The translations under genes and the position numbers were made by a program. A stretch of 64,000 nucleotides of DNA from Dendrobates tinctorius (lineage: Eukaryota): positions 6,262,001-6,326,000 of the forward strand of contig NW_027361912.1 in the NCBI RefSeq assembly GCF_039654945.1. The letters run 5' to 3'. The notes under the pieces are model-generated. The model was not told the DNA's origin and ran no database searches. It saw only the letters and a program-made list of their open reading frames with translations. Below, in pieces: positions 11,770-23,899 of this stretch. Each line of letters starts with the position of its first letter. The stretch's first letter is position 1.

Positions 11770-12738
11770 CTGTAAAATGATAAGGAGGTCAGAAGGTTGG
11801 TTCGCTATTGACCCATGGCACGAATGAATGGCAAAAATCTAAATGCTGATACTCTGGCGACTGTCTGATCAGGGAGGAAACTTAAGGGTCAGGCAATGCT
11901 CCCTGGGGAAAAACATGCAAAATGGAAGTCCTTCCAAAGAAAGAAAGCCATCTCTTGTCAAGTTATCTCCAGTAATAACTTTTTGACCGGTGAAGATCTG
12001 ATTGCTGGGAGAACAGTGAACTTTTATTCCCACAGGAATGGAGCGGCAGTGCACTCCATTCATTCCTAATGGCGCTGCCAAGCGCTGCGTTCGGCTTTAT
12101 CCGGATGCCCCAATGTGAATGCATAGAGTGGAGATCAGGAATCGACCTGTCGCATCATCCTGTAAAGGGGATTAAAATTCCCTGACCTGCAGATCGGTAC
12201 AGACCCCAGCTGTGGGACACCCATCAGTTAGTAAATTAACATCTATCCCATGGATTGGTGATAACTTGCTTCAACCGCACAACTCTTTAATCTCTAACTA
12301 AGGAAACCAGAAGCGTCCCATTTCAAAGACCCCAGCCACGCAGTAATCAGTTTTGACCTGACGAGGGGCAAAAACCCTGAAACAGGTGTCTACAGATGGA
12401 AGGTTCTGCCTTTTGGAGGAGAGTCTGGATTGGCTTATATCCTAAGACATGTTGCAAGGTTTGTTAAGGGTTCAAACCTTGACTTTCAGAGTGGCTACCA
12501 CCAATGGGTAGCATTAGAGGAACAGCCTCTTTCTTCTAGAAGGGGGCTAAATTGCAGGCTATTTCGATGTAATATATGGACGATCTGAGTCCGTCAGCGG
12601 CCTCTATGATGTCCATCTGCTCTACTAGAGGCGTATGGAGAGAGGATGACTTAAGCTAAAGACTGTGAGGGAGACAATGCCACCTGGCCACCATGACTCC
12701 ACACAGAATGCAGACTATCGGCTTTTTGTCAGATTTAC

Positions 12739-12809
12739 CTTAGCTCCACCGGATCAAAGACAATTTTCAAGTTATTTATAATTCCTGGAAGATATTTCAA
12801 TGCGGCCGC
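12739..12809 (-). CDS. dock5: DOCK5 exon ~24 (AAALKYLPGIINNLKIVFDPVEL)
   Basis: AG/GT boundaries, 71 nt. Confidence 0.95.
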
Positions 12810-12923
12810 CTACAACACAAGACAACGATTATTTGCCGTATGGACCATATCCACGATCAGGAATGAAGGACACATGGAGGAGACGTGTGCAGCCGGTTAG
12901 GAAGTAAATGGCCGATCACGCAC

Positions 12924-13035
12924 CTTAATCTTCACCGCCTCCTGCAATGGCCGGTCCATCAGCTCATTGAAGGCCAGAAATAACTGTCGTATGGAGTCAT
13001 TGAACTGGTCGTTTCCTTCATCTTGGCCGTAAAAC
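12924..13035 (-). CDS. dock5: DOCK5 exon ~23 (FYGQDEGNDQFNDSIRQLFLAFNELMDRPLQEAVKIK)
   Basis: AG/GT boundaries, 112 nt. Confidence 0.95.
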
Positions 13036-13319
13036 CTGGACAAGGGACAGAGTTATATATTCACTTTCAAGTCACAATTCTACTACTGAATTCATATTGT
13101 ATTAAGCCTACGAGCTGCAACTAGAAAAATGGCCAAGACTAATTCTGAAAAAACTGACTAGTGGTGGTGTTATGTGTGTGCTACCAGTGTGAACGGGTGC
13201 TATGTACTGACTTGCTGGTGTCCACTAGTAATAATTTTATAACACCTGTATAGTATTATGAAGCCGTTGTTCGGTCACTGTGTGTCTGCCTTGACAAACG
13301 ACAACTTCTACCTCTTGTG

Positions 13320-14905
13320 TAGAGACAAAGACCCTCACTTCCAGCAGAGGGACAAAGACCTGCCCCTACTTCCTCTAAATACAAAGACCTACCCCCACTT
13401 CATGTAAATACAAAGACCTGACCGCCCTTCCTGTAGCAAAAAAAAGATTCACCTCCACTTTCTCTGGAGAGACAAAGACCCGACCCCACTTCCTGTAGAG
13501 GCACAAAGAACCATCCCCACTACCTGCACACGGACAAAGAACCATCCCCACTACCTGCACACGGACAAAGAACCATCCCCACTACCTGAACACGGACAAA
13601 GAACCATCCCCACTACCTGCACACGGACAAAGAACCATCCCCACTATCTGCACATGGACGAAGAACCAACCCCACTACCTGAACACGGACAAAGAACCAT
13701 CCCCACTACCTGCACACAGACAAAGAACCAACCCCACTACCTGCACACGGACAAAGAATCATCCCCACTACCTGCACACGGACTAAGAACCATCCCCACT
13801 ACCTGAACACGGACAAAAAACCATCCCCACTACCTGCACACATACAAAGAACCAACCCCACTACCTGCACACGGACTAAGAACCATCCCCACTACCTGAA
13901 CACGGACAAAAAACCATCCCCACTACGTGCACACGGACATAGAACCAACCCAACTACCTGCACACGGACAAAGAACCATCCCCAATACCTGCACACAGAC
14001 AAAGAACCATCCCCACTACCTGAACACGGACAAAGAACCGACCCTACTACCTGCAGACGGACAAAGAACCATCCCCACTATCTGCACATGGACAAAGATC
14101 CATCCCCACTACCTGCACACGGACAAAGAACCAACCCCACTACCTGCAACGGACAAAGAACCATCCCCATTACCTGCACTTGGACAAAGAACCATCCCCA
14201 CTACCTGCAAACGGACAAAGAACCATCCCCACTACCTGCAACCAGACAAAGAACCATCCCCACTACCTGCACACGGACGAAGAACCATCCCCACTATCTG
14301 CACATGGACAAAGAACCATCCCCACTACCTGCACATGGACAAAGAACCAACCCCACTACCTGCAACGGACAAAGAACCATCCCCATTACCTGCACTTGGA
14401 CAAAGAACCATCCCCACTACCTGCAAACGGACAAAGAACCATCCCCACTACCTGCAACCAGACAAAGAACCATCCCCACTACCTGCAACCGGACAAAGAA
14501 CCATCATCACTTCCTGCACTCGGACAAAGAACCATCATCACTTCCTTCACTCAGACAGAGACCCATCCCCACTTCCTTTAGAGGGATAAAGATTCACCAC
14601 ACTTCCTGTAAAGACAAAGACCCACCCCCACTTATGGTAGAGAAAAAGACCCACCCGCACTTTCTAAGGAGAGTCAAACACCCACCCCACTTCCTGCAGA
14701 AAGATAAAGACCTGTCTTAACTTTCTATAGACACAAAGACCCACCCAAACTTCCTGTACAAAGACCCACGCCACTCCCGGTAAAGACAAAAACACAACCC
14801 ACTTCCTGTAGAAAGATAACGACCCACCCCAACTTCCTGTAGAGACAAAGATCCACCCCAACTTCCTGGAGAGACCCACCTCCGCTTTCTCTGGAGAGAC
14901 AAAGA
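13320..14905. repeat. 31-bp minisatellite (GGACAAAGAACCATCCCCACTACCTGCACAC) with degenerate flanks
   Basis: Tandem copies visible. Confidence 0.95.
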
Positions 14906-15818
14906 CTTCCTATAATCCATCACAGCATCTACGCTCTTATAGAAAAACTGCACTTGAAAACAGGCAGTGGACTGCAAGTTAGAAACTGGACCGAGTACCA
15001 GAACTTTGGATGGATTTATCGGACTAAAAACTTCATTTTAGGTAAATAAATTATGCTATTCTGTTATTGTATTGGCCAACAGATGACCGTAAGTATAAGT
15101 TATTAAGTTATTGCACAAACTAAATCCTGTGATTCTATGTTAATAAGTTACACATGAATAAAAGTAATTGGAACAAGCCATTCAATACGTTCAGCAGTTA
15201 CATCTCTGTCTTAGCCCACGGTCACATCTTCTGAAATATTGTTCAACTGCTGTAAGACATCTAAATACAGCTTCTTCAAAGTCTCTGCTTGGCATACACT
15301 TTCCTTCTAGTCATCATCTTCAGACCTTAAACAGATTGCCTGGTCACAATATATTGATGACCTATGAATATCAGATCGGTCAGGGGCCAAGACCCTGTCA
15401 TCCCACCACCTTGCTGTTACAAGCTCCTGTGTACTGCAGAACAGCTCCTATAAAATAATATCTGCTGATCGGTGGGGGTGCCAGTGGTCGGTACACTTCC
15501 GATCTAATGACTGGACAGCCCCTATAAATGTTCCCTTTATTTATCTTTCAATACACCTTTAATGCAATCAGTGCACCATTTTCTTATACAGAGCGCCAAA
15601 TCCGTAGCAGATTCTGATTCACTATAAATTCTAAAGTTCTGTGTATTGATAGTGACCACTAGAGGGAGCTCAGGAACTTACTGCGTACAGATATAAGCGC
15701 AATTCATTAAGAACACAGTATGCAATGAGCTCCCCCTACTGGTAGCAGTAGATCATTACAGGTTCAGCATCAAGCATCCACATGTCACACGATAACAGAG
15801 AATAAGGAAGACACTGAC

Positions 15819-15953
15819 CTTAGGTACAGATCTCGGGACTGGACAATGAAGCGAAACAAGTACTTTATGGCCTTTAGGGATGAGAAAAGCATCTCCCTAT
15901 GACCTGAATCATCAGCGCTACTCACGTACCAGGTCAACACCTTGATCAGCTTC
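15819..15953 (-). CDS. dock5: DOCK5 exon ~22 (KLIKVLTWYVSSADD...KYLFRFIVQSRDLYL)
   Basis: AG/GT boundaries, 135 nt. Confidence 0.95.
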
Positions 15954-16409
15954 CTATAGAAAGGTTGAAATAAATGCACAAGTCACAAACATGGACATGT
16001 CATAAAGGAAGAAAATTATACTGAGTCTATATACAAGACTCTGGTTGCCAGATTTGCACATGGACCATATATAATGCCCCCTTCCTTCTGTAGATTATAC
16101 AAATATTAGCTCTGAACTCCCTACCTCCTAATGTCTGTGTTAAAGATAATAGTAGACAGAGCAGAAGGGGGAAAGCATTCAAGCTACTAGGGAGGGCAGA
16201 TCACTCAGGCTGTAGATAGGGAGGAAAGCACATGAGCTGTATTAAGGGGAAATCACTCCAGGAATGCAGCTGTGCTGATCCATGAGATCTACTGAGCGCA
16301 GCAGCATCCTGGATACACACAAACCTCACATCCAGCCTGTATTAGTGGAGGTCAGACCAACAAGATAAAAAGTTTGAAACTTGGATCAGGTGGCAAACTG
16401 CATTTCAGA

Positions 16410-16863
16410 GGCTAGTTTCACACTAGCGTTTATGAGCGCAGCGACGGCCTGCGCACGGCCGCCGCTAAGCCCCGCCCCCTGCCGCGCCCCCGCCGGTAGC
16501 TCCGTCCACCGGCGCATGACGCTGCATGCGCCCTGCGTCCCCTATCTTTATCACAGGGGGCGCAGGCCGTGCGCAGTATGCGTTTGGCGGCGCATGCGTC
16601 CTTTTGACGGTGCGCCGACCTGCGCCAAACGCAACCTGCTGCAGTTTGGTTGCGTCGGCGCACCGTCAAAAAGGCGCATGCGCCGCCAAACGCATACTGC
16701 GCACGGCCTGCGCCCCCTGTGATAAAGATAGGGGACGCAGGGCGCATGTAGCGTCATGCGCCGGTGGGCGGAGCTACCGGCGGGGGCGCGGCAGAGGACG
16801 GGGCTTAGCGGCGGCCGTGCGCAGGCCGTTGCTGTGCTCATAAACGCTAGTGTGAAACTAGCC
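16410..16863. mobile_element. Near-perfect GC-rich palindromic MITE (Harbinger-like)
   Basis: AGA|GGCTAGTTTCACACTAGCG...CGCTAGTGTGAAACTAGCC|AGA; 3-bp TSD; ~210-bp inverted arms. Confidence 0.88.
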
Positions 16864-17015
16864 AGAGGGTGTGAAAATGAATGAAGAAATGCAAATTGAA
16901 CACTGAAACTTGGTGCAACTTTTTACCGCAATATTACCACTAATTTCTTTGCCATGTTAACAAAGTTCATTGATGTTTCTAATAGCAGTGTGTGTGTTCC
17001 TGGTCGCTTACTTAC

Positions 17016-17116
17016 TCATAAGCCAACGTAGTGCTGAAATGCTTAGTGATATAAGTCTCCAGGACTGGATTAAAGTGCTGAAACTTAATATCAGCGATTA
17101 GTGAAATAATAAAAAC
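17016..17116 (-). CDS. dock5: DOCK5 exon ~21 ([33 protein letters not shown])
   Basis: AG/GT boundaries, 101 nt. Confidence 0.95.
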
Positions 17117-17242
17117 CTGGAAGAACAAGACAAAATAAGCATGTGAGTGACAAAAGACATGGCGGAAGTGATACAAGACAAAATAGTCATGTAAGAGGCA
17201 AAAAAACATGGGGGAAGTGATAACAGACAAAATAAGCATATA

Positions 17243-19600
17243 CAGTTGTACTAAAAAGTTTACATACCCCGGCAGAATTTTTGCTTTCTTGGCCTTTTTT
17301 CAGAGAATACGGATGATAACACCAAAACTTTTTCTCCACTCATGGCTAATGGTTGGGTGAAGCCATTTATTGTCAAACCACTGTGTTTTCTCTTTTTAAA
17401 TCATAATGATAAAACATCCAAATGACCCTGATCAAAAGTTCACACACCCCATTTCTTAATACCGTGTATTGCCCCCCTCTAACATTAATGACAGCTATGA
17501 AGTCTTTTGTGGAAGTTGTGGATGAGGTTCTTTATTTTCTCAGATGGTAAAGCTGACCACTCTTCTTGGCAAAACACCTCCAGTTCCTGTAGATTCCTGG
17601 GTTGTACAGCATGAACTGAGCGCTTGAGATCTCCCCAGACTGGAAAAGGTCTTATGTGCTTCAGAAAAGTGAGTATATTCTCGAGAAGATGTGTTTAAAC
17701 ACCTAAAGACATCTAGGTATTCGTGATTACAAAGCCATTGTTTAAACTCCGGAAATAGAGATCTAGTGGGAGAAGTTGAGTCCATTAATCCGTTTGGAAC
17801 AATGTTGAAATCTCCAACCAGAACAGTGGTACCCTTTTTAACCTCTTCGATTTTCTTGTCCAAAATGTTAAAAAATCGCATTTGTCCATCACTGGGTGCA
17901 TAAACATTTACTATTGTCGTAAGATGGTTATCAATCAAACAAATTAAGATCAAGTACCTTCCTGCAGAATCAGAATATTCATTAATGAGTTCAAATGAAA
18001 CTGTGTTTTTAATTAGAATAAGTACACCTGCTTTCTTTTTCTCATTTAGAGATTTAAAAATATGCGGGAAATTTTTGTTTTCGATCCTGGGATGCCCTTC
18101 CTTAGCCAATTTAACCTCTTGGAGGCAAATAATATCTGCCTTACTGTGTCTAATCTCCTTCCATGTGTGATATCTTTTAACCGGACTGTTTAGTCCTCTC
18201 ACATTACTGTTTAGTCCTCTCACATTAAACGATAAAATCTTAACCATAAAAATAATACAAAAAGTAAAAACAAGTAAAGAGGAAGAATCTGCAACTTGCA
18301 GATATACCTCCTAAACTGGGAAAGTTCGTGTAAGCCTCTCGGGACTTCTGTATATTAAAATATGGAGACATAACAGAGTACAATCCTTGGATTCAACCAG
18401 GCGGTCCTCCCTCTTTATTCAACGATGCAATGAAAGGTCGACTTGGCCTTGTGTTTTGGATCGTTGTCATTTTGGAACGTCCAAGGAAATGTCCCATACG
18501 CAGCTTCCGGGCTGAAGATTGCAAATTTGCCTCCAGTATTTGCTGATAAAGTGCTGCATTCATCTTTCCTTCAGCTTTGACCAAGTTTCTTGTGCCATTG
18601 TAGCTCACACATCCCCAAAACATCAGCAATCCACCTGCATGCTTTACAGTAGGAATGGTGTTCCTTTCATCATAGGCCTTGTTGAACTCTCTCCAAATAT
18701 AATGTTTATGGTTGTGGCCAAAAAGTTCAATTTTGGTCTCACCACTCCAAATTACCTTGTTCCATAAGTTTTGAGGTTTGTCTCTGTGCTGTTTTGCTTA
18801 TTGTAGGCAAGATATTTTGTGGCATCTGCACAGTAATGGCTTTCTTCTGGTGACTCGATCAGATGATGCAACCCATTTTTCTTCAACTGCCTCCTTATTG
18901 TGCATCTTGAAACAGTCACACCGCTATTTTTCAGAAAGTCCAGTCAGTATTTCAGCTGATGTTACTTGTGGGTTTTTCCTTGCATCCTGAACAATTTTCC
19001 TGGCAGTTGTGAACAAAATTCTTGTAGGTCTACCTGACCGTGGTTTTGTTTTCACAGAGCCTTTGATTTTCCATTTGTTAATCAATCACAGTTTGAACGC
19101 TGCTGGCTGGCATTATCAATTCCTTGGATATCATTTTGTATCTCTTTCCTGTTTTATACAGTTCAACTGCCTTTTCCCGTAGATCCATTGACAATTCTTT
19201 TGCTTTCCCCATGACTCACAATCCAGAAACGCCAGTGGCTGGATGAAAGATGCAAGGGTTTGTAGGGATCCCAGAAACTCACTCAGCTTTTATGCACACT
19301 CACTGATTACAAGCAAACAGGTCACAGGTGAGGATGTTACCTTTAGTAGCCATTGAAACCCATTTGTGTCAACTTCTGTGCATGTTATCAGGCCAAAATC
19401 CCCAGGGTGTGTAAACTTTAGATCAGGGTCATTTGGATGTTTTGGGTTTGTTGATGATTTAAAAACAGAAAACACAGTAGTTTGACAGTAAATGCTTCAC
19501 CCAACCATTAACCATGAGTGGAGAAAAAGTTTTGGCGTTAGCATTCATATTCTCTGAAAAAAGGCCAAGAAATCAAAAATTCTGCCGGTTATGTAAACTG
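17243..19600 (-). mobile_element. Decayed Tc1 element carrying an internal L1 fragment
   Basis: TA-flanked ~200-bp TIRs; minus-strand transposase remnants from MGKAKELS (~19212) through MFWGC to GNTRY* (~17456). Confidence 0.88.
17640..18432 (-). mobile_element. Internal L1-clade fragment: probable ORF1 tail, spacer and ORF2 APE endonuclease N-terminus
   Basis: MVKILSFNVRGLN, DIICLQE, GVLILI, GRYLI, NVYAP, LVGDFN, EYTHFS motifs; ATG at 18247; no RT and no poly(A). Confidence 0.85.
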
Positions 19601-19813
19601 TAAGAGGCAAAAAAAAAAAAAACATGGACGAAGCGATACAAGACAAAATAAGCATGTGAGAGGCAAAAAGAAAAGAACAAAAAAAAAGATGCATCAGCGT
19701 TAAAGGGAACCTATTCTGGCAGTAGAAATCATATGAAAGATTCCCTTTAAAGAATGGGAACAGGAAAGAAAAAGAATAAATCACGGGAAGAACTGGGAAG
19801 CATCGGATCTCAC

Positions 19814-19903
19814 CAGGGCATCAAACACCAGCACGTCACAGCTTTCCTTGTCTTGTGCCTCCATCATGATGTTGAACAGAGCGTCCAGTGTGTCCTGCAG
19901 GAA
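19814..19903 (-). CDS. dock5: DOCK5 exon ~20 ([15 protein letters not shown]...LVFDAL)
   Basis: AG/GT boundaries, 90 nt. Confidence 0.95.
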
Positions 19904-20364
19904 CTGAAGTGACCGGATAAAGGTCAGACGCCGGACGTGTCCAAATACAAGACAAGTGACACATTCAAGACTTATTTGATCACACCTCCAAAGCCAAGCC
20001 CTCCTCATTCTAGATAGATACTTGGACCAGAAATAACATATTTTTAAATTTTCCTCTTAAATACCAGACAGTTTTTAGCCTTTTAGCTATTAGGTTATGC
20101 TTCTCAGAATTCAGGCGGTCATAAGTTTTAAGGTTGTAGGATAACATACAAGTAGGAGGCCTTGTTTCTTGAGTGGCTAGTGGTCCTTTCCAGTCTGGGT
20201 ACATATATATGAGTAAGTTCTGGGCCCACCCAAAAAATGGAAAACAGATTTTTGTGTACTTTTCATTAATTCCGGTAATATATATTTTGTGGTTTAGTAT
20301 TGATTATTGTAGATGATAACATTTATTTTAGAGTCAAATATGTCTTTAATTTTTTTCATTATTT

Positions 20365-20615
20365 TACATTTTCAAGTCTCATACTTTTAGCAATCATTTG
20401 CGCAGTACATTTTATTATTTTGATTATTTATTTTTTTTCATTTTAAAGTCCCATATTTTTAGCAATCATTTGCAGAGTACATTTTTTATATTTTGATTTA
20501 ATTATTTTATATTTTCAAGTCCTGTATTATTTTTAGCAATCATTTGCACAATACATATTTTTATTTTATTTAATTTTTTTTCCTTTTTCAAGTCTCATAT
20601 TATTTTAGCAATCAT
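20365..20615. repeat. AT-rich ~65-bp tandem repeat x4
   Basis: TTTTAGCAATCATTT recurs four times. Confidence 0.75.
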
Positions 20616-20957
20616 TTAATATATTTACATAATAACATAAATAAATAGATTAATTACTTATGTTAGAGTCCATTCCTGCCTACAGACAGCCCTCGATTCC
20701 TTATATTGGCTCTAGTTTGCCTACAGCAAGGCCAAGGATATACTGTAAATCTCACGACATGGATTCCCTATGATAAGAGCTCCCTATTTGTGTTCCCCTC
20801 ATGTTGCAATCTGCTTTGTGGCACACAAGGAGTTGAACAATAGAGATCAGAGTCATCTCTGATCTTCGTCGTCACCACAGAACCATTGATGTGTATTATG
20901 TCCGGACTCCTGCTCCTGATGGCATTGCCCGGTGCGCGCAATCTTCTTAGCACTAAC

Positions 20958-21055
20958 CTTCATGATTTCACTTCCATCCACTTCCATGAGTTTGCGAAGT
21001 GCTTGATATATCGGCCTGGGATTAGAGCGCCAGTTAAGGAGACCAAGCAAGTCGA
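20958..21055 (-). CDS. dock5: DOCK5 exon ~19 (DLLGLLNWRSN...LMEVDGSEIMK)
   Basis: AG/GT boundaries, 98 nt. Confidence 0.95.
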
Positions 21056-21147
21056 CTGGTGGAAAAAAAAAAAAAACAAGTGAGACTCAGGTCAGCCATG
21101 TTTCTCCTAATCTGACACCTAAATCCCACCTGGTCCCACAGCCTCAC

Positions 21148-21316
21148 CGTTCTGCGTCAGCTTGGTGGAACAGATCAAGGTGCTAATTTGGAAACTATCC
21201 TTAGTGGGCGTCAGGTTGGGTGCATGTCCTTTCGGAGAACGGACTTCCTCCTCCTCCTCCTTAGTAGCCGGGAGCGACAAATACATCTTGGCATCATACA
21301 ATTTCTTGTTATCGCC
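21148..21316 (-). CDS. dock5: DOCK5 exon ~18 (GDNKKLYDAK...KDSFQISTLICSTKLTQN)
   Basis: AG/GT boundaries, 169 nt; DHR-1 end motif CSTKLTQN. Confidence 0.95.
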
Positions 21317-22647
21317 CTATTAACAGAGTCAAGAAATTTTGCATAAAAAATTAAATCACAAAATAAAAATCGAAAACTATGGAAATAAATCCCTCATGCC
21401 TTCGAACTAAAAAGCTGGAAAATGATATTGCGAGAGCAGACTAGATGAACCCATCTGCTCTTTTCAGCAATAAGGAAAGTGAATCTGTCAGCATAAAACG
21501 ACTGTTCAAACCTAGCACAGGCACTTGGTGCACCCTTGGCGTGACCAAACAGTTCCAACCGTTTTCCATCTATCTCTACCCTCCTCTCGCTCCTGTAAAG
21601 AAGGAGCTGTCAATAAAGGGGATGGTGGAGGTAGATGGAAAACAAGTAGGTGGGAAGGAGAGTGGCCACCAGTGTACATGTGCTTGGTTTGAGCAGTCAT
21701 TTTTTAGCAGTGGTGACCGCCAATGCCAGCAGGCACATGAATGTTATGGTGCTACGCTGGCACCTCGCCTCACATTCACCCACTTCTCCTGACATCTGCC
21801 ATATATGTACCGTTGTAGTCGTCACTATTTATATGGAGCGAGCTCATCGGCTGAGGACCACCCCATAACTGGAGAGTTCTGTCTGGTTTACACAGTGGAC
21901 ACTTTCTTGTAACTGCAGTGATTGGAGGCAGCTCTGATCGCAGCAGTTTATCCCCCTTAGATGCTATGGTCATTGTTCATCATGGCATTTAAGTGGCTAG
22001 ACTTCAGGTGAGGAGGGGAGACTTCTGCCCATCAGCCTCTGCAATGTGATCGCATGAATGACAGCTGGAGACTGGGGGACAGTGGCTTAATTTGGAAATG
22101 GTGGGATCCAACTTTTTTTTTTTTTTACACAGCAGACACTTGCTGGTAACTACAGTGCTCTGATCGTAGCAGTTTAACCCCCTTAGACGCCTTGGTCTCT
22201 ATGGCATCTAAGGGGTTAGATGACAGGGGAAAGGGAGACCTCACTCCACTGGTCCCCCGCAATGTGAGTTCAGGAACCAAATGGGATGTTTAATGATAGT
22301 GGCCTAATTTGGGCCTTTGCAGTGGGCCACCACCTGGATTATTATGTATGCCCCCTGATTCATAGGACTGTTCCTAAAGAGCCACGTGGATGAGATGTGA
22401 TTTTATACTCTTCTGAGCACTTACGTGGATACAAGAAGAAAAATCCTGCTTCGGATAAATAAGAAAATTACTATTAGGGACAAATTACTGTTGATCATGG
22501 GTGGTCCCATCAAGGACACTAATGCGTAACCCTTCTCCTGCAGATCTCTCACCTGGACTAGGCGCGATCTATTCTCTCAAGTTCTAGAAAGGAGTGGTTT
22601 CACTTCGGTGGTATACTCTTGACTGAATCTGTCATCACTTTTCTTAC

Positions 22648-22751
22648 TTTATATATGATTAGGTCGTGAATGCCGTCCCTCAGCGTCGTCCCATCTTGGT
22701 TCATCAGCCGGACAAATGCTACTCCGAACACTTTCTCTGACTTGTCCCGAG
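22648..22751 (-). CDS. dock5: DOCK5 exon ~17 ([34 protein letters not shown])
   Basis: AG/GT boundaries, 104 nt. Confidence 0.95.
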
Positions 22752-22825
22752 CTGGTAAAAAGCAAATAAAGTAAAACACGGTTTCCACCACATGACTATC
22801 AGAAAGATTCTGGAAGTTTTTCATA

Positions 22826-23475
22826 CAGTGCCTTGAAAAAGTATTCATACCCCATGAACTTTTCCACATTTTCTCAAGTTACACCCACAAACATAAATGT
22901 ATTTTATTTGGATTTTACGTGATGCCAACACTAAGTAGAAAGTACTTGTGAAGTGTAAAGGAAAAGATACAGGGTTTTCTAATTATTTTAAAAATATATA
23001 TCTGAAAATTTTGACGTGTATTGGTATTCAGCCCCCCTGAGACAATACTTTGTAGGACCGCCTTTTGCTGTAATTACTGCTACAAGTCTTTTGGGGTCTG
23101 TGTCTACCAGTTTTGCCCATTCTTCCTTGCACACTCGCTCAGCGACATTGGATGGAGGTGTCTGCAAATAGCAATTTTCAAGTCTTTCCACAGATTCTCA
23201 TTAGGATTTAGATCTGGACTTTGACTTGGCCATTCACACACATGAATTTAGACCATCCATTCTAGCTCTGGCAGTATGCTTAGGGTTGTTGTCCTGCTGG
23301 AAGGTGAAACTATGCCCCAGTCTCAAGTCTTTTGCAGCCTCTAACAGGTTTTCCTCCAGGATTGCCCTGTATTTAGCTCCATCCACCTTCCCATCAAATC
23401 TCACCAGCTTCCCCGCCACTGCTGAAGAAAAGCTTCTCCACAGCATGATGCTGCCACCACCATGTGTGATGGTGA
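22826..23475 (-). mobile_element. Truncated Passport-like Tc1 (one TIR plus transposase C-terminal remnant)
   Basis: TA|CAGTGCCTTGAAAAAGTATTCATACCCC; GAKYRAILEENL..AKDLRLG..FQQDN.PKH and AKGGPTKY remnants. Confidence 0.85.
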
Positions 23476-23546
23476 TTAATGTTTAATCAAGACCAGACAC
23501 TACATCAGCACGACTGTGGCCACGGATACAGAAAATGGACCGGTAA

Positions 23547-23816
23547 GGCCTCTTTCACACTTCCGTTTTTTACAATCAGTCACAATCCGCCAGGTTTTGA
23601 AAAAAACGGATCCTCAATTTTCTCTCTCTCTCTCCCTCCTCCTCCTCTCCCCCCCCCCCCCCCCCCCTGGCCAGCACTTCCTTTATTTCCTCATTTTCAG
23701 AATCCGTCTGAAAACGGATCCTGTGCCATCCGTTCACATCAGTTGAAAACGGATCCGCTTCTCTGACTTTTTGGCGGATTTGAACTGATGCAATAAAATG
23801 AAGTGTGAAAGAGGCC
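23547..23816. mobile_element. Harbinger-like MITE
   Basis: TAA|GGCCTCTTTCACACTTC...GAAGTGTGAAAGAGGCC|TAA; perfect TAA TSD. Confidence 0.88.
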
Positions 23817-23826
23817 TAAGACTCAC

Positions 23827-23899
23827 ATTCCTGAGAGGAGCGGTGCCGGAAGTTGAATCGTAGATGGCAGTGACTGACTTCTTCGATGGGTATAGAGAC
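23827..23899 (-). CDS. dock5: DOCK5 exon ~16 (VSIPIEEVSHCHLRFNFRHRSSQE)
   Basis: AG/GT boundaries, 73 nt. Confidence 0.95.

Noticed and set aside
16381-16843. Four overlapping ~100-aa ORFs, similar on both strands
   Set aside because: A consequence of a GC-rich palindromic MITE.
17540-18247. Functional endonuclease-transposase fusion protein
   Set aside because: The endonuclease domain is truncated before its C-terminal catalytic motifs, and the read-through into Tc1 is out of the transposase frame and stops quickly.
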